From Macrostomum lignano (lineage: Eukaryota): DNA of 64,000 nucleotides. Location: contig NIVC01001655.1 of the NCBI GenBank assembly GCA_002269645.1, positions 1 to 64,000 of the forward strand, read 5' to 3'. Below the pieces are notes generated by a model. It did not search any database and was not told where the DNA came from. It saw only the letters and a program-made list of their open reading frames with translations. Both the position numbers and the translations under genes were made by a program. Shown piece by piece: positions 17,681-30,944 of this stretch (position 1 is the stretch's first letter; the number at the start of each line of letters is the position of its first letter).

Positions 17681-19850
17681 TCCTTTTATTTAATAAATCC
17701 TTTTATAAAAGCTTCTAACAAAAACATATACTATTAAGATTTAAACACATTGTTACATTAGCAGTGCAGTCAATTTGCTTCTAGGCTAGCTCTTATCAAC
17801 TTTATAAAATGAATTATGCCATTTATAATTGAATACTCACACCAAGTCAGTTGAGTAAAAGTCACAAGAAGCAGTTATGACATGATCAATATCTCAGTTG
17901 GAGAATATTAGCCAAATTAAAGGTAACAATATAATGATACAATATAACTCAAATCTCATGCTGCTTCTACAATGTCTTCAATACTGCCACAATTCAAGTC
18001 AGAGCTATGATAATTCAGTTATAATGCAATCTTTATTAGAATCAGAATTCAACCAATTATTTTTTCTCTAGCATTCTTACAATGTATTTAAGTTGAAAAG
18101 TCTGCTTGACCTTTGCAAAAAAGCATGCTTTTCAAATATTAACATATCAACCTATTAACAAACCATTTTAAGTATAGATGGCAAAAAAGTTTTATACTTT
18201 TTAGGGAATAAAACTAACTTTTAAAAGCACTATAACAAAGGTTCTATTAACATACATGCGCAACCTCCAAAATTTGATCGGCCATGCGACTTAGTTTCTA
18301 CAAAAATGTAATAGTTTTTGGCCAAAAATGTGAGTTACATGTAAAAGAAACACTAAAGCAAAAATTAATGCAAATTTGGATAAATGGCAGGAGTAACTAT
18401 AACTGTCTTATTAAGGTAAAATGCCTCATTATCTACTTAGTATTACTTGGGTATTTATTTGGGTGGGTGGGCATTTTTGTGACTTACCTTGGTTGGCTAC
18501 CAAACTGGTCAGCCAGATTGGCCGACTTGGCCAACTGTTGCGCATGTATATATTGAGACAGGCATTAATAATAGCTCTAATACTTTTAAATTTTACTCCT
18601 TTTATGTTTGCCTTTCTTAGAAAAACCTTTATTCAAATCTGCGCGAAATATTTGTTTGAATGTTGTGGTTTGCAAAAATATTTCTGCAATTATTATTTTG
18701 TTTAAACTATAACGAATTTTGGGTATAAATAGACACACTGAGCAGACTTGAGGAAGCAACCATTTGCTGCCTCTCGGTTTTCGATAAGCAAATTTAGTTC
18801 GTTCTAAATATTGAAATCGCTTAAAGACTTAATCATTTCTTAGAGTATAAGAACTCCAATTGGGAGTATCAGAAACCGCTACAAGCGAGAAACCGCCTCA
18901 GGGCAGTAAATTGTAAATTCGCCTCAGGGCAAGAGAACCGCCTCATAACGAGAGAAGATCGCCTCAGGGCAGAGAAAGAGCATAAGCTGTGACCCTCTGA
19001 TCCAGGGAACGCCCAGGACTGAGAGAATAATATTAGGGGAAGCATAAGAATAGAATAGACAGTGCTATTAGACCGCTCAGGCTAGAAAGTACAATAGAAG
19101 TATATACGCTACCAATAGAAGTACATACGCTACCGATAGAAGTACATGCGCTACCAGTAGAAAGACAATTAATAACCAATAGAATTGTTAAGGAGAAATA
19201 GCTTTATTACAACTTTGGTGGCAGCTAGTAAGGCTAGCAAAAGGAATAATTAAGAGCCCTACAACAAAATATACAAATTTTAAATAAAATCCAAATACTA
19301 AAATGGTTTGTTAGTAGGTAAGTATCAATATATATTTTTTATATTCAAAATGCTATGCTTATTTAAATTTAAATAGGCCCTATGCAGCCTGCGCTATGCT
19401 AAATTGTTACTATTTTGTCTTTATTAAATGCATTGAGCTAGGGCCTATTGATCTAACTTAAGCAAAAGTAAAAAGGCCAAAAAGGCTTTTATGCACCAAA
19501 ATTTTTAAGGCAAAAGTATATCATCCTTAAGTTCTGTATAGCCAATATCTAATACGCCTACTAAGGAAATGCAATATTAAAATATTAAAAATTTAAAATA
19601 AAACTTTTAAAAAGATTAGGCCTATATACTACCTTTGGCCTCAATTTGTTTAGCATGGGCATGGCATTGCACTGCTCTAGGTAATATATATTATAATATC
19701 AAGTGTTTCAATTCTAGGTCTTATTTATATTTGGTATCATTGGTCATTGCATTGTATCCTCATTTTATAATATTTTAAATATATCCTTACCTTAGGCCCT
19801 GCCACCCTATTACAGCCAAAGTCTAAACTACAGCAGACGACTCCATTTAA

Positions 19851-20052
19851 TATATATGGACTTCTTCAAGTTTATGTTGATAAAATAGTTTTAATTTGGA
19901 TAGGATCATAATTTTGTCTCTATAAAGGTTTTTGATAGTGCTGATTTCAAATTTGAGCTTCAATTAGAGCTTTTTTAGGTAGCTTTAATCCAATTATATG
20001 TAGCTTAAAACCAACCATTTTATCAACATAAACTTGAAGAAGTCCAATATAT
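19851..20052. mobile_element. MITE with 29-bp perfect TIRs
   Basis: GGACTTCTTCAAGTTTATGTTGATAAAAT (19858-19886) and its reverse complement (20017-20045), in TA-rich flanks. Confidence 0.8.
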
Positions 20053-21535
20053 TATATCAAGCCAATGCACGCACCAATGAACATAGACCATATAGGGCAT
20101 GGTCTATGTCTATACTACTGAGGCCTAAAGGCTAATCTATGCTAAATATTATTTGCAATTATGACCATTTATTGGCTGCTATAATTGCAATAGGGTCTCT
20201 AGGCTCTAATAAGGTGCCAATTACAAAATAGGCCTCCATAAGGATTTTTCAAAAAAAAATCAAAAGATTAATCAAAGACAAATTAAAAAATACAAAAAAT
20301 ACTTAAACAACTCTTTAGAGTTCAGTTCCTAATCTTAGTATTATAAAAATATATTTTGAAGAAGTTTTTTACTTACTGATTTATTTAGGTTATTTTATTT
20401 TAGAATCTAAGACAATGTCATTAAGTAATAATTAGGCCTACATAATTTGCAAAATTTGCATTGCCATTGTGGCCATTGCAGCTTTTTATTTTCAAAAAAT
20501 ATAATTTTTATCTGAGTTTGTTTTTGAGTGCATATTGGAATGTCACAGAAGGAAATCAGGACGCACGTCGCTCACTGAATTCCCAATTAATACACATAGG
20601 CCTAGACATAGGCCTAAAAAGTCAGCTCTTGAATGAAGAGCTGCTCTTCTAGTCCATTGCTCAAAACGGCCATAGCTCAAAAAATGCTCATGCTAGCCCC
20701 GCTGATAATGATAATTCACTAATTTATTATAATAATTTAATTCCATTTAACACAACTCTTGCAATAACCAACAATTGAACTAACATTAGCCACATACCGG
20801 GTGATTCTCATCATTTGGTTAAAATATATTACGCCAATAGGCCTAATGAAGCTTTTAAAATAATAATTCAACTAAATAAAAAGCTTTCCTTTTTGCTAAT
20901 GCTTCAAAACAAAAACGTTAAGAACTATCCTCCGACGTATTTGCCCTAACTGTTCCGTTTTTACTACGAAACAAAACATGTTGAAAATTTGTTTTATCGT
21001 TTTTAAAAGAACTTATAGTCGGTTTTTGTTAAAATAAAAAATAAGTTTCGTCCTCTACTTTTAATAAAGAACCGACAAAGATGAATCGCAAACGTTTGCT
21101 TCTGTCTAATGCCCTTATTTTTAGCCTCCTTACTTTAGCTTCGAATGCCGTTATTTTTGTGACTCCAAATACTGGGACTACGTAACTAAATTAGTAAATA
21201 AATTTAGTGTTGAGTATTCATTTTTTTCGTTTTCTTTTCTAGTAAATTAAAACGATATTTGCTGTGCTGATAGCATTAGCTCTCGCTCGTCATAAAAAAT
21301 GCTCTTGTTATAAACACAAAGAAAATACTCCAGCTGTCACAGTCGTATATCTAAGTATGGTAATTTATATCCACTATTTGGACTCAAACCAGTCTTTTAT
21401 ACAATGACTATCCGAATCCTAAGTCGTATTCCGTAAGGCGTACGTTTTATGAATGCGAATTATGCAAACCTGTGAAAGTCATTTAGTTTTGAAGTACGCC
21501 TTTATATTGTAAATACACTCTCTTATTTTAACGAA

Positions 21536-21607
21536 GCGACTGTGGTGTAACGGTTAGCATGGATGCCTTCCAAGCATTCGACCCGGGTTCGACTCCCGGC
21601 AGTCGCA
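21536..21607 (+). tRNA. tRNA-Gly(TCC)
   Basis: Acceptor stem GCGACTG/CAGTCGC, anticodon arm ATGC-CTTCCAA-GCAT, T-loop GGTTCGACTCC; followed by CCA and a T5 terminator. Confidence 0.95.
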
Positions 21608-22338
21608 CCATTTTTATCGTAGATTTTTCCTGTCTAATTTTTTTGTACATCTACTTTCTTTAAAAAACGCTTTCTACTAGTGCGTTGAAATTAACAGCAG
21701 CTTGGTATTTAAGTAAAATATAACTAATAACTTATTGCTGTTTTAACTGTAATCATTTTCGTTTACCAATAGTAGTATACAAAGCTTCCTTGCTTTAAAT
21801 TGCATTTATCTCTGAAAAAAATGAGGACACACACACACAAAGTACCCAAACAGCTGGAGAGTTGACAAAGTGTGTGATGAAAGAGCAAGTTTAACAAGAT
21901 AAGACGCTGCGCAGAATTAAATGGATACTTCAAATAAGGAGAGAGCCTGAGCTAGCTAATCGAATTAGCAGCGGCAAAGGAAAGCCAGCAATCTTTTGAC
22001 GGGGCGAGAAAATGCCTGGAAACGAAATTCTCCCAGTCTCCCCTGTCTCCATCCTACAGAATACTTGCTGTGACAATTTAATTTTGACTTCCTTTTCAGA
22101 CAGCTGCTACATATTTGGCTGAAGCTGCGAACAGCAGTGATTTTAGTTTCTTTGCCGTATTTCCATTGGCTTTAAAAACCCTTTGAGCATAACCTTAGAG
22201 TGCGTGCTTGTAGCTTTAACATAGCTAACTGCATGGGAGCTTCTGCGCTCTGCCCATCTTCCGCAAAGAGGAAATTGATCGCATATATATATCTGTAAGC
22301 TCCTTGTCGCTTCTCGCAACGATGACAACTCACTTTCC

Positions 22339-25300
22339 ATGATGGCTAGGCGGTGCCAGTTCCGCTGCCGGGACACCGGCAGGTCAGTCTGCCTCACTTG
22401 TGAAGACTCGCAGGGCGGCCCGGACGGTGAACTGCAGCTGGTGCTCAGGCTCCGTCTAGCGCTCGCTGTCGATGATGTCGACGCTCTAATTGTTGAAGAC
22501 CGGACGGCGGCACTCTGCACACTAGCCGCATCAACTCTTGGCGTCGGATTAGACGCGTGACGCTGGAACAGAGTGTCTGGATCTGTCGGGACCGCCTGCC
22601 GAGTCCGACGTCTGACTGCATCATCAACAATGCAGAGCTGCGTGAGCTCAAAGATCAGCTTCTCGTTCCAGGAATTGCTGCTCCAACACCTCCTGCTGTA
22701 CATGTGCGCATTAAGAAGTTGAGAGAAGCCGGTTCAAGCGCTGAGCTGCTGCTAAAAATACTTAATCAACTTGACGACATTCATGCTCGGTAAGAGAATA
22801 CACCATTCTATATGTACACGTATATTGATATAGGCTGCAGAGGAACTGGGGGAGTTAGAGTTGACCCACTGAAAAACTGGTGGGAGAGTGAGAGGTGACC
22901 CGCTGAGGAACTGGAGGGCGAGGGTGACCCGCTGATTATAATTGGGGAGTGAGAGGTGACCCGCAGAAAATTGGCGGAGGTAAGAGTTGACCCGCTGAGT
23001 AACTGAGGGAGTGAGAGAGGACCTGCTGAGGAACTGAGGGAGTGAGAGAGGTGACCCACTGAGGAACTGCATGGGGTGTGAGAGGTGACCTGCGCTAAAA
23101 ACTGGGGGAGTGAGAGAGGACCCACTTAGGAACTGGGGGATGTGAGGGAAAGATGACCCACTTAGGAAGGAACTGGAGGATGTGAGGGAAAGATGACCCA
23201 CTTAGGAAGGAACTGGAGGATGTGAGGGAAAGATGACCCACTTAGGAACTGGAGGATGTGAGGGAAAGATGACCCACTTAGGAACTGGAGGATGTGAGGG
23301 AAAGATGACCCACTTAGGAACTGGAGGATGTGAGGGAAAGATGACCCACTTAGGAACTGGGGGATGTGAGGGAAAGATGACCCACTTAGGAACTGGAGGA
23401 TGTGAGGGAAAGATGACCCACTTAGGAACTGGGGGATGTGAGGGAAAGATGACCCACTTAGGAACTGGGGGATGTGAGGGAAAGATGACCCACTTAGGAA
23501 CTGGAGGATGTGAGGGAAAGATGACCCACTTAGGAAGGAACTGGAGGATGTGAGGGAAAGATGACCCACTTAGGAAGGAACTGGAGGATGTGAGGGAAAG
23601 ATGACCCACTTAGGAAGGAACTGGAGGATGTGAGGGAAAGATGACCCACTTAGGAACTGGGGGATGTGAGGGAAAGATGACCCACTTAGGAACTGGGGGA
23701 TGTGAGGGAAAGATGACCCACTTAGGAACTGGAGGATGTGAGGGAAAGATGACCCACTTAGGAACTGGGGATGTGAGGGAAAGATGACCCACTTAGGAAC
23801 TGGAGGATGTGAGGGAAAGATGACCCACTTAGGAACTGGGGGATGTGAGGGAAAGATGACCCACTTAGGAACTGGGGGATGTGAGGGAAAGATGACCCAC
23901 TTAGGAACTGGAGGATGTGAGGGAAAGATGACCCACTTAGGAACTGGGGGATGTGAGGGAAAGATGACCCACTTAGGAACTGGAGGATGTGAGGGAAAGA
24001 TGACCCACTTAGGAACTGGGGGATGTGAGGGAAAGATGACCCACTTAGGAACTGGGGATGTGAGGGAAAGATGACCCACTTAGGAACTGGAGGATGTGAG
24101 GGAAAGATGACCCACTTAGGAAGGAACTGGAGGATGTGAGGGAAAGATGACCCACTTAGGAACTGGAGGATGTGAGGGAAAGATGACCCACTTAGGAACT
24201 GGAGGATGTGAGGGAAAGATGACCCACTTAGGAACTGGAGGATGTGAGGGAAAGATGACCCACTTAGGAACTGGAGGATGTGAGGGAAAGATGACCCACT
24301 TAGGAACTGGGGATGTGAGGGAAAGATGACCCACTTAGGAACTGGAGGATGTGAGGGAAAGATGACCCACTTAGGAACTGGGGATGTGAGGGAAAGATGA
24401 CCCACTTAGGAACTGGAGGATGTGAGGGAAAGATGACCCACTTAGGAACTGGAGGATGTGAGGGAAAGATGACCCACTTAGGAAGGAACTGGAGGATGTG
24501 AGGGAAAGATGACCCACTTAGGAAGGAACTGGAGGATGTGAGGGAAAGATGACCCACTTAGGAAGGAACTGGAGGATGTGAGGGAAAGATGACCCACTTA
24601 GGAAGGAACTGGAGGATGTGAGGGAAAGATGACCCACTTAGGAAGGAACTGGAGGATGTGAGGGAAAGATGACCCACTTAGGAAGGAACTGGAGGATGTG
24701 AGGGAAAGATGACCCACTTAGGAAGGAACTGGAGGATGTGAGGGAAAGATGACCCACTTAGGAAGGAACTGGAGGATGTGAGGGAAAGGGAACCACTTAG
24801 GAACTGGGGGAGTGAGGGGTGACCCACTGGGGAACTGGGGGATGTGGGGGAAAAGGAACCACTTAGGAACTGGGGGAGTGAGGGGTGACCCACTGGGGAA
24901 CTGGGGGATGTGGGGGAAAAGGAACCACTTAGGAACTGGGGGAGTGAGAGGTGACTCGCTGAAGAACTGGGGGATGTTCGCATGCAATCAGCACGCAGAG
25001 CTATAACTCAAAGCAAGACAGCTGAAGCACTGAGTCCCAGGCAAGTGAACTCTGATTGCAATTCCACGCCTGCAGCCTCGGCAACATTGGATCAACTCTG
25101 TCGCGCTGTGTCAGCCGCCGCCACCACCAGCATCAATCGGTGGAAGTCGCGGTGCCTCGGACTCCGGCATCGGCGGCCCGCCGAATTCGCCGTCATCTGC
25201 AGCTCCCGGTGCAGAGATGGGGCGCCTGTTCGGTTTCGGAGTCTGAACTCGAAGCGCTAAAGCGGCCAGACTTCTCCAACTGGGACTGGCCGGAGGAGAA

Positions 25301-25547
25301 GCTGGCGGTGTTCCTGCGAGCAATGTTCCACGACTTGCGCCTGACTGGCCGGCTCGGCATCGGGGATGGTGCGCTTGACAACTTTCTGGTGCAGGTGTAC
25401 CAGAGCTACAACAGGGTTCCGTTTCACAACTTCCAGCACTGCTTCATGGTGACACAGATGGTCTACTGCCTGGTCTGCGCTGACCAGCTGTGGCTGAGGG
25501 TGCCTCGGGTGAGAGATTGATTAATTGCTTGACTGATTAATTGTTAA

Positions 25548-25594
<47 letters not shown>

Positions 25595-25654
25595 AGTTGA
25601 TTGATTGATTGATTAATTGCTTGACTGATTAATTGTTAAATTGATTGATTGATG

Positions 25655-25710
<56 letters not shown>

Positions 25711-27811
25711 AATTGATTGATTGATTGATTGATTAATTGCTTGACTGATTAATTGTTAAATTGATTGATTGATTGTTTGATTGATTGATTAATTGATTGA
25801 TTGATTTGTTTATTGGGTAAACTATTATTTCATTTAATTGATTGATTAGCTCGTCAATTTTCTGACTGATTAACTGAACTATAAGAAGCCGGAGCTGCCT
25901 TATCGCTAAGGGAAGCATCAAACTCTCTCAAGTTTCCTCCTGTTCCCGCCCCGCCTCAGCTGGAGCTGCTCTGCCTGCTCACCGCCGCCGCCTGTCACGA
26001 CCTGGATCACCCCGGCCTTTCCAACCACTGGCAGCGCAGCGCTGGCACCGGCCTGTCCGCCTGCTACGGCCCCGAGGCCACGCTGGAACGACATCACCTG
26101 GCCACGGCGATGTCCCTGGTGGGCCGCGGCCTGCTGTCGGGCCTGACAGCGCAGGAGTTTCGCTACGCGAGGCGTCGCATCGCTCGACTGATTTTGGCCA
26201 CGGATTTGGCCAGGCATTCGGCCGTGATGGCCGAGTTCCAGGTGGGCAGTCTTTGTGGCAGTCTTTGTAGTAGATATTCCAGCTCGGGTATTGGGTACAC
26301 TAACTCGGGTATTGGGTACCCCAACTCTTGGGTATTGGGTACACCAACTTTGGTGTATTGGGTACCCCAACTCTTGGGTATTGGGTACACCAACTTTGGT
26401 GTATTGGGTACCCCAACTCTTGGGTATTGGGTACATCAACTCTGGTGTATTGGGTACACCAACTTTGGTGTATTGGGTACGCCAACTCTGGTGTATTGGG
26501 TACCCCAACTCTTGGGTATTGGGTACCCAACTCTTGGGTATTGGGTACCCCAACTCTGGTGTATTGGGTACCCCAACTCTTGGGTATTGGGTACACCAAC
26601 TCTGGTGTATTGGGTACACCAACTTTGGTGTATTGGGTACGCCAACTCTGGTGTATTGGGTACGCCAACTCTGGTGTATTGGGTACCCCAACTCTCGGGT
26701 ATTGGATACACCAACTCTGGTGTATTGGGTACCCCAACTCTTGGGTATTGGGTACACCAACTTTGGTGTATTGGGTACCCCAACTCTTGGGTATTGGGTA
26801 CACCAACTCTGGTGTATTGGGTACCCCAACTCTTGGGTATTGGGTACACCAACTCTGGTGTATTGGGTACACTAACTCTGGTGTATTGGGTACCCCAACT
26901 CTGGTGTATTGGGTACACTAACTCTGGTGTATTGGGTACACTAACTCTGGTGTATTGGGTACCCCAACTCTTGGGTATTGGGTACGCCAACTCTGGTGTA
27001 TTGGGTACCCCAACTCTGGTGTATTGGGTACCCCAACTCTGGTGTATTGGGTACACCAACTCTGGTGTATTGGGTACCCCAACTCTTGGGTATTGGGTAC
27101 ACCAACTCTGGTGTATTTGATACCACATGCAATGTACAGGTATATAATGAGGCATCCAATACAGTTATTTCATACGTTAACATATGCATGCAATGTATAA
27201 AATCCTCTAGCTTGCATTATAGTAATTATGTCAAGTGGAAATTTCCCTTAGGTTTGCATCAGTATTGTAAGTATACAATTCATATCAAGCTACAGTTTTC
27301 TTAACGATATACTTCGACAATCAAATAAATGTATATTAATCCGGCCGATATGTATCGATAATAATAATATCAAGCCCAAAATTTTCAGGCCTGCACCGAT
27401 TCAGGCTTCAATTTTGAAAATCGACGCCACCGAGACGCCCTTCTCCTAATGATGATCAAAGCGGCCGATCTTAGCAACGAGGCACGGCCCCTAGCAACGG
27501 CAGAACGCTGGATTGACTGCCTATTAGAGGAATTCTTCGCCGAGGCCCGACTCGAACGCAGCCAAGGAATCGAACCCCTGGCAGTCATGGACCCGGAGAG
27601 ATTCGCCGGCAAAGCGAAGAGTCAGTGCGGCTTCATCGGCGGTGTGGCCCTGCCGATGAACTCGGCGTTGGCCAGGGTGCTGCCCTGCGCGACCGAGTGC
27701 CTGTTGGCGCCTGTGCAGCAACAGCTGCGGCACTACACCGACCTGCTGGCATCGACAGGGAGCCAGCAAGCACAGCAAGCCGGTGGCAGCGAGCTTTTCA
27801 GTTCAAATTAA
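22339..27811 (+). CDS. PDE9A: cGMP phosphodiesterase, PDE9-like, 4 coding exons, apparent frameshifts in the N-terminal part
   Basis: Exons ~22339-22789, ~25000-25508, 25960-26241, 27389-27811. Catalytic motifs: EALKRPDFSNW, PFHNFQHCFMVTQMVY, TAAACHDLDHPG, LERHH, LILATDLARH, IKAADLSNEARP..AERWIDCLLEEFF, KSQCGFI. Frame breaks at ~22557 and between ~25000 and 25190, so the N-terminal structure is uncertain. Confidence 0.82.
22835..24975. repeat. 36/40-bp intronic minisatellite (GAACTGGAGGATGTGAGGGAAAGATGACCCACTTAG)n
   Basis: Fills PDE intron 1; 12-aa periodicity in the spurious ORFs. Confidence 0.97.
25515..25810. repeat. (GATT)n microsatellite
   Basis: In PDE intron 25509-25959. Confidence 0.95.
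26285..27118. repeat. 23-bp intronic minisatellite (GGTGTATTGGGTACCCCAACTCT)n
   Basis: In PDE intron 26242-27388. Confidence 0.95.
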
Positions 27812-28350
27812 ATATGTATACGAGTATATACACAGCTTTAATCTGCTCCTCAAGAAAACTACCTTAAGTGTCCAGCTTAGTTCACTGGGTACTTAAATCT
27901 TGTTTGAGAGTCTGAGACAGCTATATGTGAGTATTCTAATTGAAACTATTTCACCACGTAATGTTACTTTCAATACATATCGGCAATTTTTTTAAAAGCA
28001 TTATCTAACAATTAATCACAAGGAATCGTGTGAGACATTGTAGTTAATCAAATGTAGTGTAATTTAGATAGAAAAATTAAGTTGTAACATTCAAAGATTC
28101 CAAGATGTCAGTAGATTCTTTTGAGAATTTTTTGACGTTTAGTATATTAAAAATACGCCAATGTGCGCAGCTCGCTACTCTCATAAATGCGCCCATTTGC
28201 ATGAGAATAATATGGAGTCGGATCAGTTATAATTTACGAATTCAAAACTTTATTTCTTACAATCTCACAATGTTTTGAGTTGGATTGGATAAAATATAAG
28301 TTGCATGACCCGTTAACAATAACAAAGATAACCTTTTTCAAAAAATACTA

Positions 28351-28433
28351 TGCCAGAAGTGGGGTTCGAACCCACGCGGGCGCTTGCCCAGTGGATCTTA
28401 AGTCCACCGCCTTAACCTCTCGGCCATCCTGGC
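28351..28433 (-). tRNA. tRNA-Leu(TAA)
   Basis: Reverse complement GCCAGGATGGCCGAGAGGTTAAGGCGGTGGACTTAAGATCCAC..GGTTCGAACCCCACTTCTGGCA; long variable arm and a downstream T-run. Confidence 0.95.
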
Positions 28434-29641
28434 TCTACGTAATGCTCGGCAATATGTATTTTAAACCCGAAAGTTTTTTATTTTAAGTAATGCTTTCTCT
28501 ACAAACCCTCAACGACGAGAACGAAAACGAAAATTGAAAAAGTGACTAAACGTATAAAGCTGTAGGCTTTGACTATGGTAGATTGCATTGTCTATGCATT
28601 TGGCCTCAACACGAATGTAATTAGTCCACACTTAGTTTGCCGTTTTACGCTGATGCATGAGTCAGACATTGGAGGAGTCGGGAGTGCAAGTGTTTTATAT
28701 GGGCTTAATTAATTAATTACTATCATCGTGCTTCGTAATGTGATGCAACAAGCCACAATTCCGATTTTTTCTACATTATTATGATTTTGGTTGCGTAGTC
28801 CAAAACTACGACTCCGCGTATAGATTTGAGTGAGTTGGAAGCAGACTGCTGGGGTGTTTCAAAACCAAGCTTTTTGAAAGGTAGGCTCGTTCGTGTGTGT
28901 GTTGCATGCAAGGAATCATTTCTGTTGCGTTGCGGAGGCGTTGGATTCCTCGTCGCGATCCGTCGCCTGCCTAAGGAGAAGCAAAAACGAAATAACGAAA
29001 ACCGCTACTCGTGCTACTGTTGTCTACTAGTACTAGTGAATATAACGTTAAAAGATTCTTTTCAATATAAAATGTCACAATGTAAATTGTAAATTGAGGA
29101 CATTTTTATAAACTGGAATAATTTTCCAATCCAACAGCCGGCATAACATATATTATTATTCCCTGGAGATTCGCACTAGCGTGGGGATCCCAGATTAAAG
29201 ATGCACAAATACCGCCGTAAAAACACGTATTTAAAATTGTCTAGACTAAATTGATCGTAGTGCTAAGATGAAAAAAATCCTAGAATTTCAAATCGACCAA
29301 CATGAAAACGATAGTTTTTTATTAGTTTTTCTGATCTTTAACTTAGAAAACAGCCATACTTGTGCCAAATATTCACACAATTCTGTAATTTCCTGTTACC
29401 GATATGTATCGAAATAAAAATAATAATTCACAATTCATATTACTTAGTTAAACGGCAAGTATACATATACGACACGCAGGCCGAGGCGGAGGCGGAGGTA
29501 GTGGCCTGGATCAACATTGTGGTGCCGGAGGCGAAGCTGCCAAACAGGTTGCAAGGAGCTGCAGGCGGCGCTGAAAGACGGCTCTGTGCTGGTGCAACTT
29601 GTCAATACCTACTATTGCTTGACGGCTCAACGAATCTGACT

Positions 29642-30628
29642 ATATATATATAGCGACGCAGAGAGAAGCACAGACAAAAGGACATCTAGCTAGTCTTTGC
29701 GCGGACGCGTTCGCAGAACAACCGAGAAGGGCAAGTCATTGCGGACTGGGGGCTGAGTCCGATGGCCTGCAAGTCAGTCAGAAACGTATCATTTAGCGTC
29801 ACAGTTCGGCCTTGGCCACGGCGCAGGCGCTCAGTGGGCTGATGCAGGAGAGCCAGCGCCGGAGGATTTTGCTCGCCGCGGCCGTAGCTTCTTAGGCAAT
29901 GGCCAAGTAACATCTGTCGGCGTTTGCGGATAGTGCAGCTGAGCGCGGGAATACCAGCGCGAGTCATCAGGTCCCTGGTCGGCACTGTATCAGGGTAGTG
30001 CACACCCAGGGCATAGCGGAGCAGCGACCTGTAGTGGGCATCCAGGGCTTGCTGTCGCGTCGCAGTCGTTTGTACAGCTTCTATGCCATACAGAAGAATA
30101 GGCTCAACGGCAGTGCGGAAAAGGCGCATCTTTAGATCGTCGCGCGCGGTTGAATTGAAGATGCTCCTGAGCATGCGTGCCGCACGCCAGGCTTGAGTTC
30201 TCCTGTCAGAGACAATGGTGTCGGGGCTCAAGACAAGAGAGCCGAGGTAGCGGAAGTCCTCGCACACCTTGACGACTTCTCCGTTTGGTAGAGCTAGCGC
30301 AGGGGTAGTTGCAGTGCCCACGTGGAGCACCTCAGTCTTGGATGCATTGATCACCAAGCCAACTCGGGTGCCCTATTCGTAGAGTCTAGACAGAGCCCGT
30401 TGAGCAGCAGCCGGATCGCGACACAGAAGGGCAATGTCGTCAGCATAGGCTAGAGCAGGCAGCGAGACGGAGGGATGTCGGGAGCTTCGACGTGAGACCA
30501 GCACATAGCCATCATCTTCACGCAGGCATCGGCGAAGAACATAGTCTACTACAACAATGAAGAGTAGAGGAGCCAGCGTGTCGCCCTGGAGGACACCGGA
30601 GGTTGTGCTGAATTCTTCAGTGGGGCCT
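29642..30628 (-). mobile_element. 5'-truncated non-LTR retrotransposon (RTE-like RT) with (TA)n tail and 10-bp TSD
   Basis: GVLQGDTLAPLLF, LAYADDIALL, GLVINASKTE, DFRYLGS, LLGHCLR; in-frame stop at 30373. TSD GAATCTGACT at 29632-29641 and 30629-30638. Confidence 0.9.
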
Positions 30629-30944
30629 GAATCTGACTGACGAGGCAAAGAAACTACAACGTCGAATATCCTTTACAAAAATGAGCTCTCCGTTAAAACA
30701 GATCGAGAATATTGGCGTGAGACTTCTATTTGAGTTGAATATATTCGTTCAGTAAATAATCCAGCTCAAGTTGCTCAAATTCTTTTATCGTTTATGTGTG
30801 ACCTGTAGATATTTCTCAGCCTTTGGTGTTCGAAAATCGAGCCTCTTCCAGACTGTTTACCTCTAAGAGGGCAGGAATATGAGCCAGGTGCTAACGACAT
30901 TGCTGCAGTTGGGTATTGAGGTAGGCCTAATTAAATTACGAGCG

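Noticed and set aside
22835-24975. 36-bp repeats suggesting a CRISPR array
   Set aside because: Head-to-tail units without unique spacers, no cas genes, inside a eukaryotic intron.
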